A DNA stretch of 64,000 bases from an uncultured bacterium (GCA_946188155.1 CAMHUC010000010.1:5834-69833), one strand, 5' to 3'; numbered from the stretch's first letter, positions 30,085 through 43,038 are shown. Notes: generated by a model not told the origin, from the letters alone. Made by a program: numbers and translations.

Positions 30085-31407
30085 ATGAAAAAGAGAAATT
30101 ACCTGTGGCTGGCCACCGCCCTAATGATGGCCGTGACAATGACAGCATGCTCTGTCAACAACGACAACGAGAAGGAACCCGAGGTAGTGATCTGTCCCGT
30201 TGAACCCGGTGACATCGATCCCAAGGACGTCGACCCGAAGGACAACCCGTTGAGGCTCATCGAGCTGACACGCACTGAGCGGCAGCTGGTGGAGGGCAAC
30301 AACGACTTTGCCTTCCAACTCTTCCGACAGTCGAGCGACCCCCAGAAGGACCAGATTGTCTCGCCCATCAGCATCACTTACGCCCTGGGTATGCTCAACA
30401 ACGGAGCTGCCGGCGAGACCCAGGCCCAGATCAACAAGACCCTCGGCTTCAGCGACACAGGGGCCGACGGCATCAACGCCTTCTGCCAGAAGATGCTCAT
30501 CGAGGGCCCCAACCTCGACAAGCTGACAAAGGTGATGATAGCCAACACCATCTTCATGAACAAGAACTACACGCTGAAGCCCGACTTTGTGAAGAAGGCC
30601 AACGACTACTATCTGGCCCAGCCCGAAACCCGAGACTTCGGCGACGGCAAGACCCTCGACGTCATCAACCAGTGGGGCAGCGACCACACGCTGAAGATGA
30701 TTGAGAAGGTACTCAGCCCAGACGAGTTCAACCCCCTGGCCGTCAGCTACCTGCTGAACGCCATCTACTTCAAGGGCACCTGGGCACAGAAGTTCGATGC
30801 CAACGAGACGCAGATGGAAATCTTCGAGCACGCAGGCCCTGAAAAGTACCTGTTCGAAGCGCCGATGATGCACCAGAAAGAGCACTTCCCCTATACCGAG
30901 AACGACCTCTGCCAGGCCGTAAGCCTGCCCTACGGCAACGGGGCCTTCGCGTTGACCCTGCTGCTGCCCCGCGAGGGAAAGCAGGTGAGCGACGTGCTCA
31001 ATACGCTCACGGCCGAGACTTGGCGGAGTAACTATCAATACATGGGTATAGCCAACGTAGACCTGAAGCTGCCACGCTTCGAATCAAATACCAATCTTAA
31101 CCTCGTTGAGATTATGAGCAGCCTGGGCATGCCCAATGCTTTCATCGATGGGTTGGCAGAGTTCCCCAACTTCTGCGACGCATACACCTACATCGGACTG
31201 ATGAAGCAGGTGGCGCGCATCAAGCTCAACGAGACAGGCACAGAGGCAGCCGCCGTGACGGTGATTGGAGTAGACACTGCTGTCGGACCCGAGCCAGAAC
31301 CGAAAAACGTGGTGCTGCACGCCAACCGTCCATTCCTCTATGTCATCAGTGAGCAGTCGACAGGCACCATCTTCTTTATCGGACAATACATGGGCAACCG
31401 TAATTAG
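30085..31407 (+). CDS. Serpin-family lipoprotein
   Basis: SPII signal MTACS, NNDFAFQLF, SPISI, LLNAIYFKG.W, hinge ETGTEAAAVT, ANRPFLYVI. Confidence 0.93.
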   Translation: MKKRNYLWLATALMMAVTMTACSVNNDNEKEPEVVICPVEPGDIDPKDVDPKDNPLRLIELTRTERQLVEGNNDFAFQLFRQSSDPQKDQIVSPISITYALGMLNNGAAGETQAQINKTLGFSDTGADGINAFCQKMLIEGPNLDKLTKVMIANTIFMNKNYTLKPDFVKKANDYYLAQPETRDFGDGKTLDVINQWGSDHTLKMIEKVLSPDEFNPLAVSYLLNAIYFKGTWAQKFDANETQMEIFEHAGPEKYLFEAPMMHQKEHFPYTENDLCQAVSLPYGNGAFALTLLLPREGKQVSDVLNTLTAETWRSNYQYMGIANVDLKLPRFESNTNLNLVEIMSSLGMPNAFIDGLAEFPNFCDAYTYIGLMKQVARIKLNETGTEAAAVTVIGVDTAVGPEPEPKNVVLHANRPFLYVISEQSTGTIFFIGQYMGNRN

Positions 31408-31423
31408 AGGTAAGAGGTAAGAG

Positions 31424-32002
31424 GTGAGAGGTGAGAAGTTGGAGGTGACAGAAGAGCAGCTACTCGCAGAGCAGCTTCGCCACAACGAGCGTGGGGCGAT
31501 GCGCGACTTCTATACCCTCTACGCCCGCCGACTATCAGCCGTCTGCTCACGCTACATCACCAACGGCGAAGACCAGAAAGACGTGCTGCAGAATGCCCTC
31601 GTCAGCATCTTCACCCACATCCAGGACTTCAACTACCGTGGCCCGAGCTCACTACGGGCCTGGGCCACGCGCATCGTTGTCAACGAGGCCCTTGCGTTCC
31701 TGCGACAGAAGCATCAACAAGAGTGGCAGGAACTGGATGATGACATCGCCGAAGAGCCTCCCGCCGACGACCCGCCCCTGAGCGATGTGCCTCCGGAGGT
31801 GATACAAGGGCTTATCCAACAGCTGCCCACGGGCTACCGAACGGTACTGAACCTCTACGTGTTCGAGGACATGAGCCACCAGGAGATAGCACGACTGCTC
31901 GACATCCGCGAGCGCAGCTCAGCCTCTCAACTCAGCAGAGCCAAAAACCTGCTCGGAAGAATGATTAAGGAATATCTCACGCAAAACCACCACCCACGAT
32001 GA
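31424..32002 (+). CDS. ECF RNA polymerase sigma-70 factor
   Basis: DVLQNA, WATRIVVNEAL, LPTGYRTVLNLYVFEDMSHQEIA...SQLSRAK; start uncertain and within a heptamer repeat. Confidence 0.9.
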   Translation: MRGEKLEVTEEQLLAEQLRHNERGAMRDFYTLYARRLSAVCSRYITNGEDQKDVLQNALVSIFTHIQDFNYRGPSSLRAWATRIVVNEALAFLRQKHQQEWQELDDDIAEEPPADDPPLSDVPPEVIQGLIQQLPTGYRTVLNLYVFEDMSHQEIARLLDIRERSSASQLSRAKNLLGRMIKEYLTQNHHPR

Positions 32003-33306
32003 AAGAGACTTGGAGACAGCAATTAAGACAGAAGCTGGCAGACTACGAAGAGCCTGACCCTCTGCTGTCGTGGGAAGAAGTGGAGGCAGCGCTCGACCAG
32101 AGGCAGCCTTCGAAGGTTGTACCCCTCTGGGGTCGTCGCGTAGCTGCTGCTGTAGCCTTTCTGCTTTTAGCGGGAGGAGCTGTGCTATACTTTAATCATA
32201 GAGAGGGAGCGCAGGAGACTGATGGGCAGGTGGCTACTATAGACACAAAGAAGAAAGACGGGGACCGGAATCACGGGGACAGTCTCCATAATCTTCGCTC
32301 CGCTTCTATCACGGGGACAGTCCCCATGATTCCTCGGAGGCTTGCTCAGACTGTCACCGATGAAGCTAAAACGACGGAAGAGCCCGTAGCAGAACTATCG
32401 GAGACAGTTACTGCCGACACGATGAAGGCTGAAAAGCCTGCCGCCCGGCCATCAGCTACTGAATCCCAGCAAGCCTATCCCCAGCACGAGAGCTACGGCA
32501 AAACCTCGAAGAGTGCCGCAAAGCCGCTGACGGCCAAGCTCTATTTCTCTAACACCATCGGCGGAGGAGGTTCACTACTGGCAGCTGCAAACACGCCACA
32601 GATGGACTATAGCTCAAATACACCTCTACCCGCTGACGATCCCAACAAGGGACAAAAGTCTAGTGATGTTGGTGACGGTTCGTCAGATACACCAGGCTCA
32701 GAAAGCTCATCAGACGATAAAGACAAGGACAAAAACGAGGGCAAGCAGGCCAGAACACGCAGAGAGAGCGTCGGTCAGGCAGCCACTACCGACGGCCAGG
32801 CCAGTCAGGTGTCGGAGCACGCTAACCATCGCCAGCCCCTCCGTTTCGGCCTGCTGCTGCGCTATCAGCTCAGCAAGCGCTGGGCCCTGGAGAGCGGACT
32901 GACCTATACCTGCCTATCTGCTGACATCACGAGAATAGCCGACGGCAAGACCGTAGCCACGATAGACCAGAACCTCAACTACATCGGTATCCCGCTCTCG
33001 GCCAGTTACCTGATCTATAAGAACCGCCACCTGGGATTCTATGCCTCAGGAGGCCTGCTGGTGGAGAAGATGGTCTACGGCTCCCGGACGGAGGCTAGCA
33101 GCCGTCAGCGCGTCAGCATCGGTCCCCTGCAACTGTCTGTCAACGCAGGTCTCGGTGCCGAATGGCGCTTCATCCCAGCCCTGAGCCTCTTCGTGGAACC
33201 GGGACTGGGCTACTATTTCGATAACCACAGCACCATCCCCACCTTCTATCAGGAGCATCCGCTCAGCTTCAATCTCAACCTCGGACTCAGGTTCAGCTTC
33301 GAGTGA
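31999..33306 (+). CDS. Anti-sigma factor with TM, disordered linker and C-terminal OM beta-barrel (Dma/Reo-like)
   Basis: N-terminal W...LRQKLADYEEP..W, TM AAAVAFLLLAGG, S/D/K-rich linker, barrel LESGLTY...NLGLRFSFE; overlaps the ECF gene. Confidence 0.75.
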   Translation: MKETWRQQLRQKLADYEEPDPLLSWEEVEAALDQRQPSKVVPLWGRRVAAAVAFLLLAGGAVLYFNHREGAQETDGQVATIDTKKKDGDRNHGDSLHNLRSASITGTVPMIPRRLAQTVTDEAKTTEEPVAELSETVTADTMKAEKPAARPSATESQQAYPQHESYGKTSKSAAKPLTAKLYFSNTIGGGGSLLAAANTPQMDYSSNTPLPADDPNKGQKSSDVGDGSSDTPGSESSSDDKDKDKNEGKQARTRRESVGQAATTDGQASQVSEHANHRQPLRFGLLLRYQLSKRWALESGLTYTCLSADITRIADGKTVATIDQNLNYIGIPLSASYLIYKNRHLGFYASGGLLVEKMVYGSRTEASSRQRVSIGPLQLSVNAGLGAEWRFIPALSLFVEPGLGYYFDNHSTIPTFYQEHPLSFNLNLGLRFSFE

Positions 33307-33409
33307 TTGTCATGAAAACTTAACTAAAAAAGTAGTCCTGAAAAGTTGCAAACTAGAAAAAGAGGAGACACAAAAAATCAAAATAACGGACAGAATAGGG
33401 CCGATTATG

Positions 33410-33545
33410 AGTTTACCGGCACTAAACTCGGACTTTCCCGTAAGCAAACTACCAGTTTCCTTACGGCAAACTCCCACTTTGAAGGCCTGTTTCTCGCCGT
33501 CTGAAGGCTGTTTTTGGCCGTCAAGAAGCTCTTTTTCGGACTCGG
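33410..33545. repeat. Degenerate 21-22-nt period repeats
   Basis: agttt-N9-aaact x3 at 22-nt spacing, then gaaggc/gaagc x3. Confidence 0.5.
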
Positions 33546-33792
33546 AAAACACGTAAAAAATCATAAGAGCCACTATATCAATAATTTACGTTTTCGGTCA
33601 AAACTCGCGTATTCAGCAGCCAACGGCCCGTTGCTGACTTTCACACGAAATATAAGCAACGGTTTGTCAGGAAATATTAGATAAGCCTTTTACGTAATAA
33701 CGTAAAAACAAAGAAAAATGTCAGCGTTTTCGGAAAAATATTCGTATCTTTGCAGCCTAAATTGCAAATAACTGATAAAAAACAAGAATACA

Positions 33793-36666
<2,874 letters not shown>

Positions 36667-36699
36667 CAAATAGTAAATCAGTAAAAAGTAAATAAAAAA

Positions 36700-38256
36700 G
36701 TGACTGAGCGTCATAAAATGATCTGGAGCGAGGTCAAGGACTATCTCTTCATAGCCCTTGGCCTCCTGCTCTATACGATAGCCTTCACCGTGTTCCTGAT
36801 GCCTTATCAGATAGTGGCGGGAGGCGTCACCGGCCTGTCGGCCATCATCTACTACGCCACGGGCTTCCACTTAGAGAACACCTACATCATCATCAACGGC
36901 CTGCTACTGCTGATGGCCCTGAAGATACTGGGCGTGAGGTTCCTGATGAAGACCATCTTCGCCATCTTCACCCTCTACTTCTTGCTGATGTTCGCCCAGG
37001 AGCTCATCCCCAAGCAGGCCAACGGACTGCCTTTCAAGCTGATGGGCGAGGGTCAGGACTTCATGTCGATGATCATCGGCTGCGTCATCACGGGTGTCGC
37101 CCTGGCCACCGTCTTCACCCACAACGGCTCAACGGGAGGCACCGACATCATAGCTGCCTCTGTCAATAAGTTCCATCCCAACGTGTCGTTAGGCAATGTG
37201 CTCATAGCTGCCGACTTCTGCATCATCGGCTCCTGTATGTTCTATCCGCAGTTTGGTACGCTGCTGGAGCGTGCCCACAAGGTGATGTTCGGCTTCTGCG
37301 TGATGGCTATGGAGAACTATACCCTCGACTACGTGATGAACGCCCGCCGACAGTCGGTACAGTTCTTCATCTTCAGCCGCAAATGGCAGGAGATAGCCAA
37401 CGCCATCGGTACACAGATGAACCACGGCGTGACCATTCTCGACGGTCACGGCTGGTACACCGGCCAGGACATGAAGGTGCTCTGCATCCTGGCCCGCAAG
37501 AACGAGAGCGTGAATATGTTCCGACTCATCAAGATGATCGACCCCGCTGCCTTCGTGTCGCAGTCGAGCGTCATCGGTGTCTACGGCGAGGGCTTTGACG
37601 AAATGCGAGTAAGAATCAAGGAAAAGAAGAAGAAAATGAAAATAGTATTTGCTACCAACAACGACCACAAGCTGTCGGAAATCCGCAGCATACTGGGCGA
37701 CCGCTTCGAGGTGGTGTCGCTGAAGGATATCGGCTGCGAGAAGGATATCCCCGAGAACGGCCAGACGCTCAAGGAGAATGCCCTCATCAAGGCGCAGTAC
37801 GTATACGACACCTACCACATCAACTGCTTTGCCGACGATACGGGCCTGGAGGTGGAGGCCCTGGGCGGTGCGCCCGGCGTATACTCAGCCAGGTATGCTA
37901 GTATTACTAGTCAGACTAGTTCAACTAGTACTACTAGTCAGACTAGTATCCCCAGCCACGACTCCAATGCCAACATGGAGAAGCTGCTCCGCGAGCTGGA
38001 GGGCAAGGAGAACCGCCGTGCCCGCTTCCGCACCGTCATCGCCCTGATTATCGACGGACAGGTGAAGACGTTCGAAGGCATCGTCAACGGACAGATTATC
38101 CGTGAGCGTAGGGGAGGGGAGGGCTTCGGCTATGACCCCATCTTCCAGCCCGACGGCTATCACCAGACCTTTGCCGAGCTGGGTCTCGATATCAAGAATC
38201 AGATCAGCCACCGCGCCAGGGCATCGAAGAAACTGGCCGACTATTTGAATAAGTGA
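36700..38256 (+). CDS. rdgB: YitT-family membrane protein fused in frame to RdgB/HAM1 non-canonical purine NTP pyrophosphatase
   Basis: GSTGGTDI and [12 protein letters not shown] (YitT), then [38 protein letters not shown] (RdgB); internal ATG at about 37636. Confidence 0.88.
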   Translation: MTERHKMIWSEVKDYLFIALGLLLYTIAFTVFLMPYQIVAGGVTGLSAIIYYATGFHLENTYIIINGLLLLMALKILGVRFLMKTIFAIFTLYFLLMFAQELIPKQANGLPFKLMGEGQDFMSMIIGCVITGVALATVFTHNGSTGGTDIIAASVNKFHPNVSLGNVLIAADFCIIGSCMFYPQFGTLLERAHKVMFGFCVMAMENYTLDYVMNARRQSVQFFIFSRKWQEIANAIGTQMNHGVTILDGHGWYTGQDMKVLCILARKNESVNMFRLIKMIDPAAFVSQSSVIGVYGEGFDEMRVRIKEKKKKMKIVFATNNDHKLSEIRSILGDRFEVVSLKDIGCEKDIPENGQTLKENALIKAQYVYDTYHINCFADDTGLEVEALGGAPGVYSARYASITSQTSSTSTTSQTSIPSHDSNANMEKLLRELEGKENRRARFRTVIALIIDGQVKTFEGIVNGQIIRERRGGEGFGYDPIFQPDGYHQTFAELGLDIKNQISHRARASKKLADYLNK

Positions 38257-38390
38257 TAAGTGATGAGTGATAAGTGATAAGTATTATGAAGATATACCAG
38301 TTTAGGAGATACATGATTTGTAGGGCATCAGCATGTCTTTCACCCCATATTGTGGCATTACTTATCACTTATCACTTATCACTTATCACT
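38250..38390. repeat. Inverted heptamer arrays (AGTGATA)n ... (TATCACT)n
   Basis: taagtgataagtgatgagtgataagtgataagt ... acttatcacttatcacttatcacttatcact. Confidence 0.85.
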
Positions 38391-40253
38391 GCCATCGCCC
38401 AGACCGGCACGTGGCAGAACCACCTGGCCTACCACGACGTGCAGAACATCTGCGAGGCAGGCAACTACCTCTTCGTACTGGCCTCAAACGACCTCTACCA
38501 GTACAATAAGAACGACCAGAGCATCGTCACCTACGACAAGGTGAACGGCCTCTCCGACACCTACATCACCCACATCGCCTGGAACCCTACAACCCGTCGG
38601 CTCATCGCCGTATATCAGAACTCCAACATCGACCTCATCGATACCAACGGCAACACTACCAACATCTCTGCCCTCTACAGAAAGACAATGACTGAGGACA
38701 AGACCGTCACGCAGATCACCATCGACGGTATCTATGCCTGGCTCCACTGTGCCTTCGGCTACGTGAAGGTGAACATGCAGGCAGCGGAGATTACGGACAC
38801 CTATATGCCCAGACACCCGCAGTACCCACAGAGCCTGCCCTCCTACGACGAGTACCAGGACCTGAAAAAAAACCGCACCCTCGTGGCAGCCCTCAACCCC
38901 GACGGCCCGAAGTACAACTATTTCTACGAGTCGAAATTCCTCGGTGGCAAGCTATACACCACCGGAGGCTACTTCCTCTCCGCCTTTCCCGACATGGTAT
39001 ATCCAGGTACGATACAAGTATACGACGGCGATAACTGGACCATCTACGAGGATGAACTACAGAACACGACAGGCTATGACTACGTGGACATCAACTGCAT
39101 CGACATAGACCCCACGGACGAGAACCACGTCGCTGCCGGCGGGCGGTGCGGACTCTACGAGTTCAGGAACGGCAAGCTGGTCAATTATTATAATAAGGAC
39201 AACAGCCCCTTAGGCGGTGCTTACGACCGTAATAATGAACTGGGAAACAACTATGTGCTGGTTCACGGTGTGAAGTTCGACAGCCAGGGCAACCTGTGGG
39301 TGCTCAACAGCCAGACAAAGGACGTGAACCTGCTCTGCCTGAAAAAAGACGGACAGTGGGAAAGCCACTTCCAGCAGCAGCTCGCCGACAACCAGAACAT
39401 CGGACTGGTAGGCATGAGGAACATGTTCTTCGACAGCCGCGGACTGCTCTGCTTTGTCAATACCTCGCATACCGACCCGATGATCTGCTTCTACGACACG
39501 GCAGCCGACCAGCTCGTGGTCTGCAACAGATTCGTCAACCAGGACGGCACAGCCTATAACATCACCTATATCAATAGCGCCTGCGAGGATCAGGACGGCA
39601 ACATCTGGGTAGGCACCAACATCGGACTCTTCTACATCGACAAGAGTGAAGTGGGAAAGAGCAATGCCACCTTCTATCAGGTGAAAGTGCCACGCAACGA
39701 CGGTACCGACTATGCCGACTACCTGCTCTCAGGCATCAACATCAATCACATAGCCATCGACGGCGGCAACCGCAAGTGGGTATCAACCACCAGCTCCGGC
39801 ACGTTCCTCATCAGTGCCGACAACATGACCCAGATCTACAACTTCACCACGGAGAACTCCAAACTGCTCTCCAACTCCATCAAGTCGGCTGCCATCAACC
39901 CTCAGACAGGCCGCGTATACTTCCTTACCGACACAGGACTCTGCTCCTATCTGAGCGATGCCACGCAACCCGTAGAAGAGATGTCGAAGGACAATACCTA
40001 CGCCTATCCCAACCCCGTCACTCCCGACTATACTGGTCTTATCACCGTTGTAGGCCTGAGCCTGAATGCCGACGTGAAAATCGTATCGCCAAACGGGGCC
40101 CTGATAGCCGAGGGCCGCAGCAATGGCGGCTCCTTCACCTGGGATGGTAATGACAGTAGCGGCAACCGTGTAGCCTCGGGCGTATATATGGTTGTTGCTG
40201 CCACCAGCGATGGCAAGAAGGGAACGGTCTGCAAGATAGCCGTCATCAACTAA
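38286..40253 (+). CDS. porZ: T9SS component PorZ-like (beta-propellers plus CTD)
   Basis: GTWQNHLAY, GLSDT.I..I, IAIDGGNRKW, YAYPNPV, FTWDG...GNRVASGVY; start uncertain. Confidence 0.8.
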   Translation: MKIYQFRRYMICRASACLSPHIVALLITYHLSLITAIAQTGTWQNHLAYHDVQNICEAGNYLFVLASNDLYQYNKNDQSIVTYDKVNGLSDTYITHIAWNPTTRRLIAVYQNSNIDLIDTNGNTTNISALYRKTMTEDKTVTQITIDGIYAWLHCAFGYVKVNMQAAEITDTYMPRHPQYPQSLPSYDEYQDLKKNRTLVAALNPDGPKYNYFYESKFLGGKLYTTGGYFLSAFPDMVYPGTIQVYDGDNWTIYEDELQNTTGYDYVDINCIDIDPTDENHVAAGGRCGLYEFRNGKLVNYYNKDNSPLGGAYDRNNELGNNYVLVHGVKFDSQGNLWVLNSQTKDVNLLCLKKDGQWESHFQQQLADNQNIGLVGMRNMFFDSRGLLCFVNTSHTDPMICFYDTAADQLVVCNRFVNQDGTAYNITYINSACEDQDGNIWVGTNIGLFYIDKSEVGKSNATFYQVKVPRNDGTDYADYLLSGININHIAIDGGNRKWVSTTSSGTFLISADNMTQIYNFTTENSKLLSNSIKSAAINPQTGRVYFLTDTGLCSYLSDATQPVEEMSKDNTYAYPNPVTPDYTGLITVVGLSLNADVKIVSPNGALIAEGRSNGGSFTWDGNDSSGNRVASGVYMVVAATSDGKKGTVCKIAVIN

Positions 40254-41238
40254 GCTCCAGCATCCTGTTGATGGGCTTCACGGCCTCACGGGCTATCTCG
40301 GCATCCACCTCTACCGCAGGCCAGCCGTACTTCAGCGTGTTGTACACCTTCAGCAGCGTGTTCATCTTCATATACTGGCACTCGTTGCACGAGCACTCCA
40401 GCCCGCTCTCCGAGATTTCCGGGGGCACGGGGATAAATTCCTTGTCAGGGCACGTACGCTGCATCTCGTGCAGAATACCGGCCTCTGTGGCCACGATAAA
40501 CTGCCGGCGGTCGCTCTGTTGAGTATACTGCAACATCGTTGCAGTACTCCCCTTCACATCGGCCAAGGCCAGCACAGGCCCCTTGCACTCCAGATGAGCC
40601 ATCACTACGGCCTCAGGATATTGCGCCTTCAGCTCAAGTATCTTCTGCACCGAGAATCGCTCATGCACATGACAGCCGCCATTCCAGAGCAGCATCTCTC
40701 GACCCGTCACCTCGTTGATATAGTTGCCCAGGTTATAGTCTGGGCCGAAGATGAGCTTCGCATCCTTAGGCAACTGGTCCACCACCTTCTTCGCATTGCC
40801 TGAGGTGACCACCACGTCAGTCAGCGCCTTCACGGCAGCCGTCGTATTCACGTAGCTTACCACCTGATAGCCCGGATGCTCCTCTTTATACTTACGAAGA
40901 TCCTCAGCCCTGCAGGAGTCGGCCAGCGAGCAGCCGGCATTCAGGTCAGGGCAGAGCACCGTCTTCTCCGGCGAGAGCAGCTTGCACGTCTCTGCCATGA
41001 AGTGTACGCCGCACATCACCATCACCTTGGCATCCGTCTCGGCAGCCTTACGGGCCAAGGCCAGCGAGTCGCCTATGAAGTCGGCTATGTCCTGTATGTC
41101 ACCAATGGTGTAATAGTGGGCCAGGATGATGGCATCCTTCTCCTTACACATCCTACGTATCTCTGCCTTCAGGTCGATACCTTCGGCGGCGGGTTCATCG
41201 ATGAATCCCTGTTCTGTCCATTCCTTTTTCAACATCAC
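40246..41238 (-). CDS. nadA: Quinolinate synthase
   Basis: ILAHYY, GDSLALA, CGVHFMAET, AGCSLAD, YVNT, CHVH, CNECQYMK. Confidence 0.97.
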   Translation of the reverse strand: MMLKKEWTEQGFIDEPAAEGIDLKAEIRRMCKEKDAIILAHYYTIGDIQDIADFIGDSLALARKAAETDAKVMVMCGVHFMAETCKLLSPEKTVLCPDLNAGCSLADSCRAEDLRKYKEEHPGYQVVSYVNTTAAVKALTDVVVTSGNAKKVVDQLPKDAKLIFGPDYNLGNYINEVTGREMLLWNGGCHVHERFSVQKILELKAQYPEAVVMAHLECKGPVLALADVKGSTATMLQYTQQSDRRQFIVATEAGILHEMQRTCPDKEFIPVPPEISESGLECSCNECQYMKMNTLLKVYNTLKYGWPAVEVDAEIAREAVKPINRMLELS

Positions 41239-41339
41239 ATTATCTTATTATTATTATTTCTTTTTTCTTTTAAAAATAGAATGAGTAGTATGATATGCCG
41301 TGAATATGTTGGCAACTTCTGCCTGTTTTCCTTGCATAT

Positions 41340-41610
41340 TTCGTTATTCACTGTTCACTATCCATTATCCACTCACGCTGTGGATTCTTTCTGCCTGATA
41401 TAGAATAGCTAAGGCCGTTTATCCACAATTTCCGTTTCCGTTGCAAAATTAATAAGTTTATATCTTTTTTCGGCAAAAATCGGTGGAAATCTTTCGTTTT
41501 TCCTCGGAATAAACCTGTGGATATCCCCATGTCGGCTTTCCGTCGTGGGTTATTGGATGGTTATTCACAGTATTATCCACACACTTATCCACAGTTTTTC
41601 CACAATATTA
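41340..41610. other. oriC: Probable chromosomal replication origin (DnaA-box cluster)
   Basis: TTATCCACA at 41419, 41573 and 41585; variants at 41365, 41379(-), 41516(-), 41561 and 41596; AT-rich flank at 41240-41290. Confidence 0.8.
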
Positions 41611-41673
41611 TTTGGTCGTTTGACGTTTTAATTGTAACTTTGCCATCAAATTGGCAATATAATATAATAAGGT

Positions 41674-42306
41674 ATGAAAAAGCTATTGACTACGATTGCC
41701 CTGATGGCAGCAGCGCTGACTGTCCAGGCACAAGAGCACGAAGAGGGCGACTTCAGCATCCAGCCCCGAGTAGGTATCTCCTTGTCCAATCTCTCTGGTG
41801 ATGGTGAGAAGTGGAAGACAAATGTGGCATACGGCGTGGAGTTCGAGCGGTTCTTCAGCGAGCGGTTCAGCCTGGCGGCAGGCGTGCTGTTCACCAACCA
41901 AGGCACGAAGTACAAGGACATCTACGACTTTGAGACCAATCAGAAGAACGACCTGACGATGAACATCTACTACGCCAATATCCCCATCACGGCCAACTAT
42001 TATCTTCTGCCAGGCTTGGCCCTCAAGGCAGGACTGCAGCCCGCTTTCCGTGTGAAGGCTCAGGCCAGGATGGGTAGCACGTCGTACGACTACGACCGTA
42101 TGCTGGATCTCTGGAAGTCGTGGTTCGACGGCGAGACGCCTGAGGTGACCAAGTTCGACCTATCCATTCCCGTGGGTCTGAGCTATGAGCTTGCCCGTGT
42201 GACGCTCGACGCCCGCTACAATATTGGTCTGCTGAAGGTCATCAAGGGCGAGAGCGTTCGCAACAAGGCGTTCGTGTTCACCATTGGCTATAAGTTTGGC
42301 AACTGA
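41674..42306 (+). CDS. Outer membrane beta-barrel (porin/PorT-like) protein
   Basis: Signal peptide, IQPRVG, YANIPI, IPVGLSYE, DARYNIGL, C-terminal IGYKF. Confidence 0.85.
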   Translation: MKKLLTTIALMAAALTVQAQEHEEGDFSIQPRVGISLSNLSGDGEKWKTNVAYGVEFERFFSERFSLAAGVLFTNQGTKYKDIYDFETNQKNDLTMNIYYANIPITANYYLLPGLALKAGLQPAFRVKAQARMGSTSYDYDRMLDLWKSWFDGETPEVTKFDLSIPVGLSYELARVTLDARYNIGLLKVIKGESVRNKAFVFTIGYKFGN

Positions 42307-42309
42307 CCG

Positions 42310-42843
42310 TTGAAGAAGCTTCGCACGATAGAGATGCAGCGGCTCACGGTGGAGGAGTTCCGTGAGGCTGAGAAGCTGCCGCTGGTGGTGGTGCTCGACG
42401 ATGTTCGCTCGATGCACAACGTGGGCAGCGTGTTCCGTACTGGCGATGCCTTCCGCATCGAGGCTGTCTGTCTCTGTGGCATCACCTCTACGCCTCCGAT
42501 GGCAGAGATTCACAAGACGGCCCTGGGAGCCGAGGACAGTGTCAGTTGGCGTTATTTCCCTACGGCGATGCAGGCCCTTGAGTCGCTGAAGGCCGACGGC
42601 TATGAGGTTTATTCGGTAGAGCAGGCTCATGGCTCAACGCTTCTTCAGCATTTCGAGCCTGTTGTTGGGCGAAAGTATGCTGTTATTTTGGGCAACGAGG
42701 TGAAAGGCGTTCATCAGGAGGTTGTTGATCGGAGCGACGGCTGCCTGGAGATTCCCCAGTTCGGCACGAAGCACTCCATGAACGTCTCCGTCACTGCCGG
42801 CATCATCATCTGGCACTTTGCCCAAATGATAATAAATAAATAA
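42310..42843 (+). CDS. SpoU/TrmH-family RNA methyltransferase
   Basis: VVLDDVRSMHNVGSVFRT, LGNEVKGV, IPQFGTKHSMNVSV; TTG start. Confidence 0.93.
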   Translation: MKKLRTIEMQRLTVEEFREAEKLPLVVVLDDVRSMHNVGSVFRTGDAFRIEAVCLCGITSTPPMAEIHKTALGAEDSVSWRYFPTAMQALESLKADGYEVYSVEQAHGSTLLQHFEPVVGRKYAVILGNEVKGVHQEVVDRSDGCLEIPQFGTKHSMNVSVTAGIIIWHFAQMIINK

Positions 42844-42871
42844 GGTGGCCCGTAAGCCACCTTATTTATTT
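42834..42871. terminator. Bidirectional terminator
   Basis: aaataaataaggtggc-ccgtaa-gccaccttatttattt. Confidence 0.8.
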
Positions 42872-42873
42872 TG

Positions 42874-43038
42874 TTACTCATCAACGGGTGAGAAATCGCC
42901 CTTGCCTACTCCGCATACGGGGCACACCCAGTCCTCGGGGATGTCCTCAAATGCTGTGCCGGGAGCGATGCCGCCATCGGCGTCACCCTCTGCGGGGTCA
43001 TACACGTAACCACATACGTCGCAAACATACTTTTTCAT
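42874..43038 (-). CDS. Rubredoxin (54 aa; absent from the ORF track)
   Basis: Manual translation [54 protein letters not shown]. Confidence 0.95.
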   Translation of the reverse strand: MKKYVCDVCGYVYDPAEGDADGGIAPGTAFEDIPEDWVCPVCGVGKGDFSPVDE

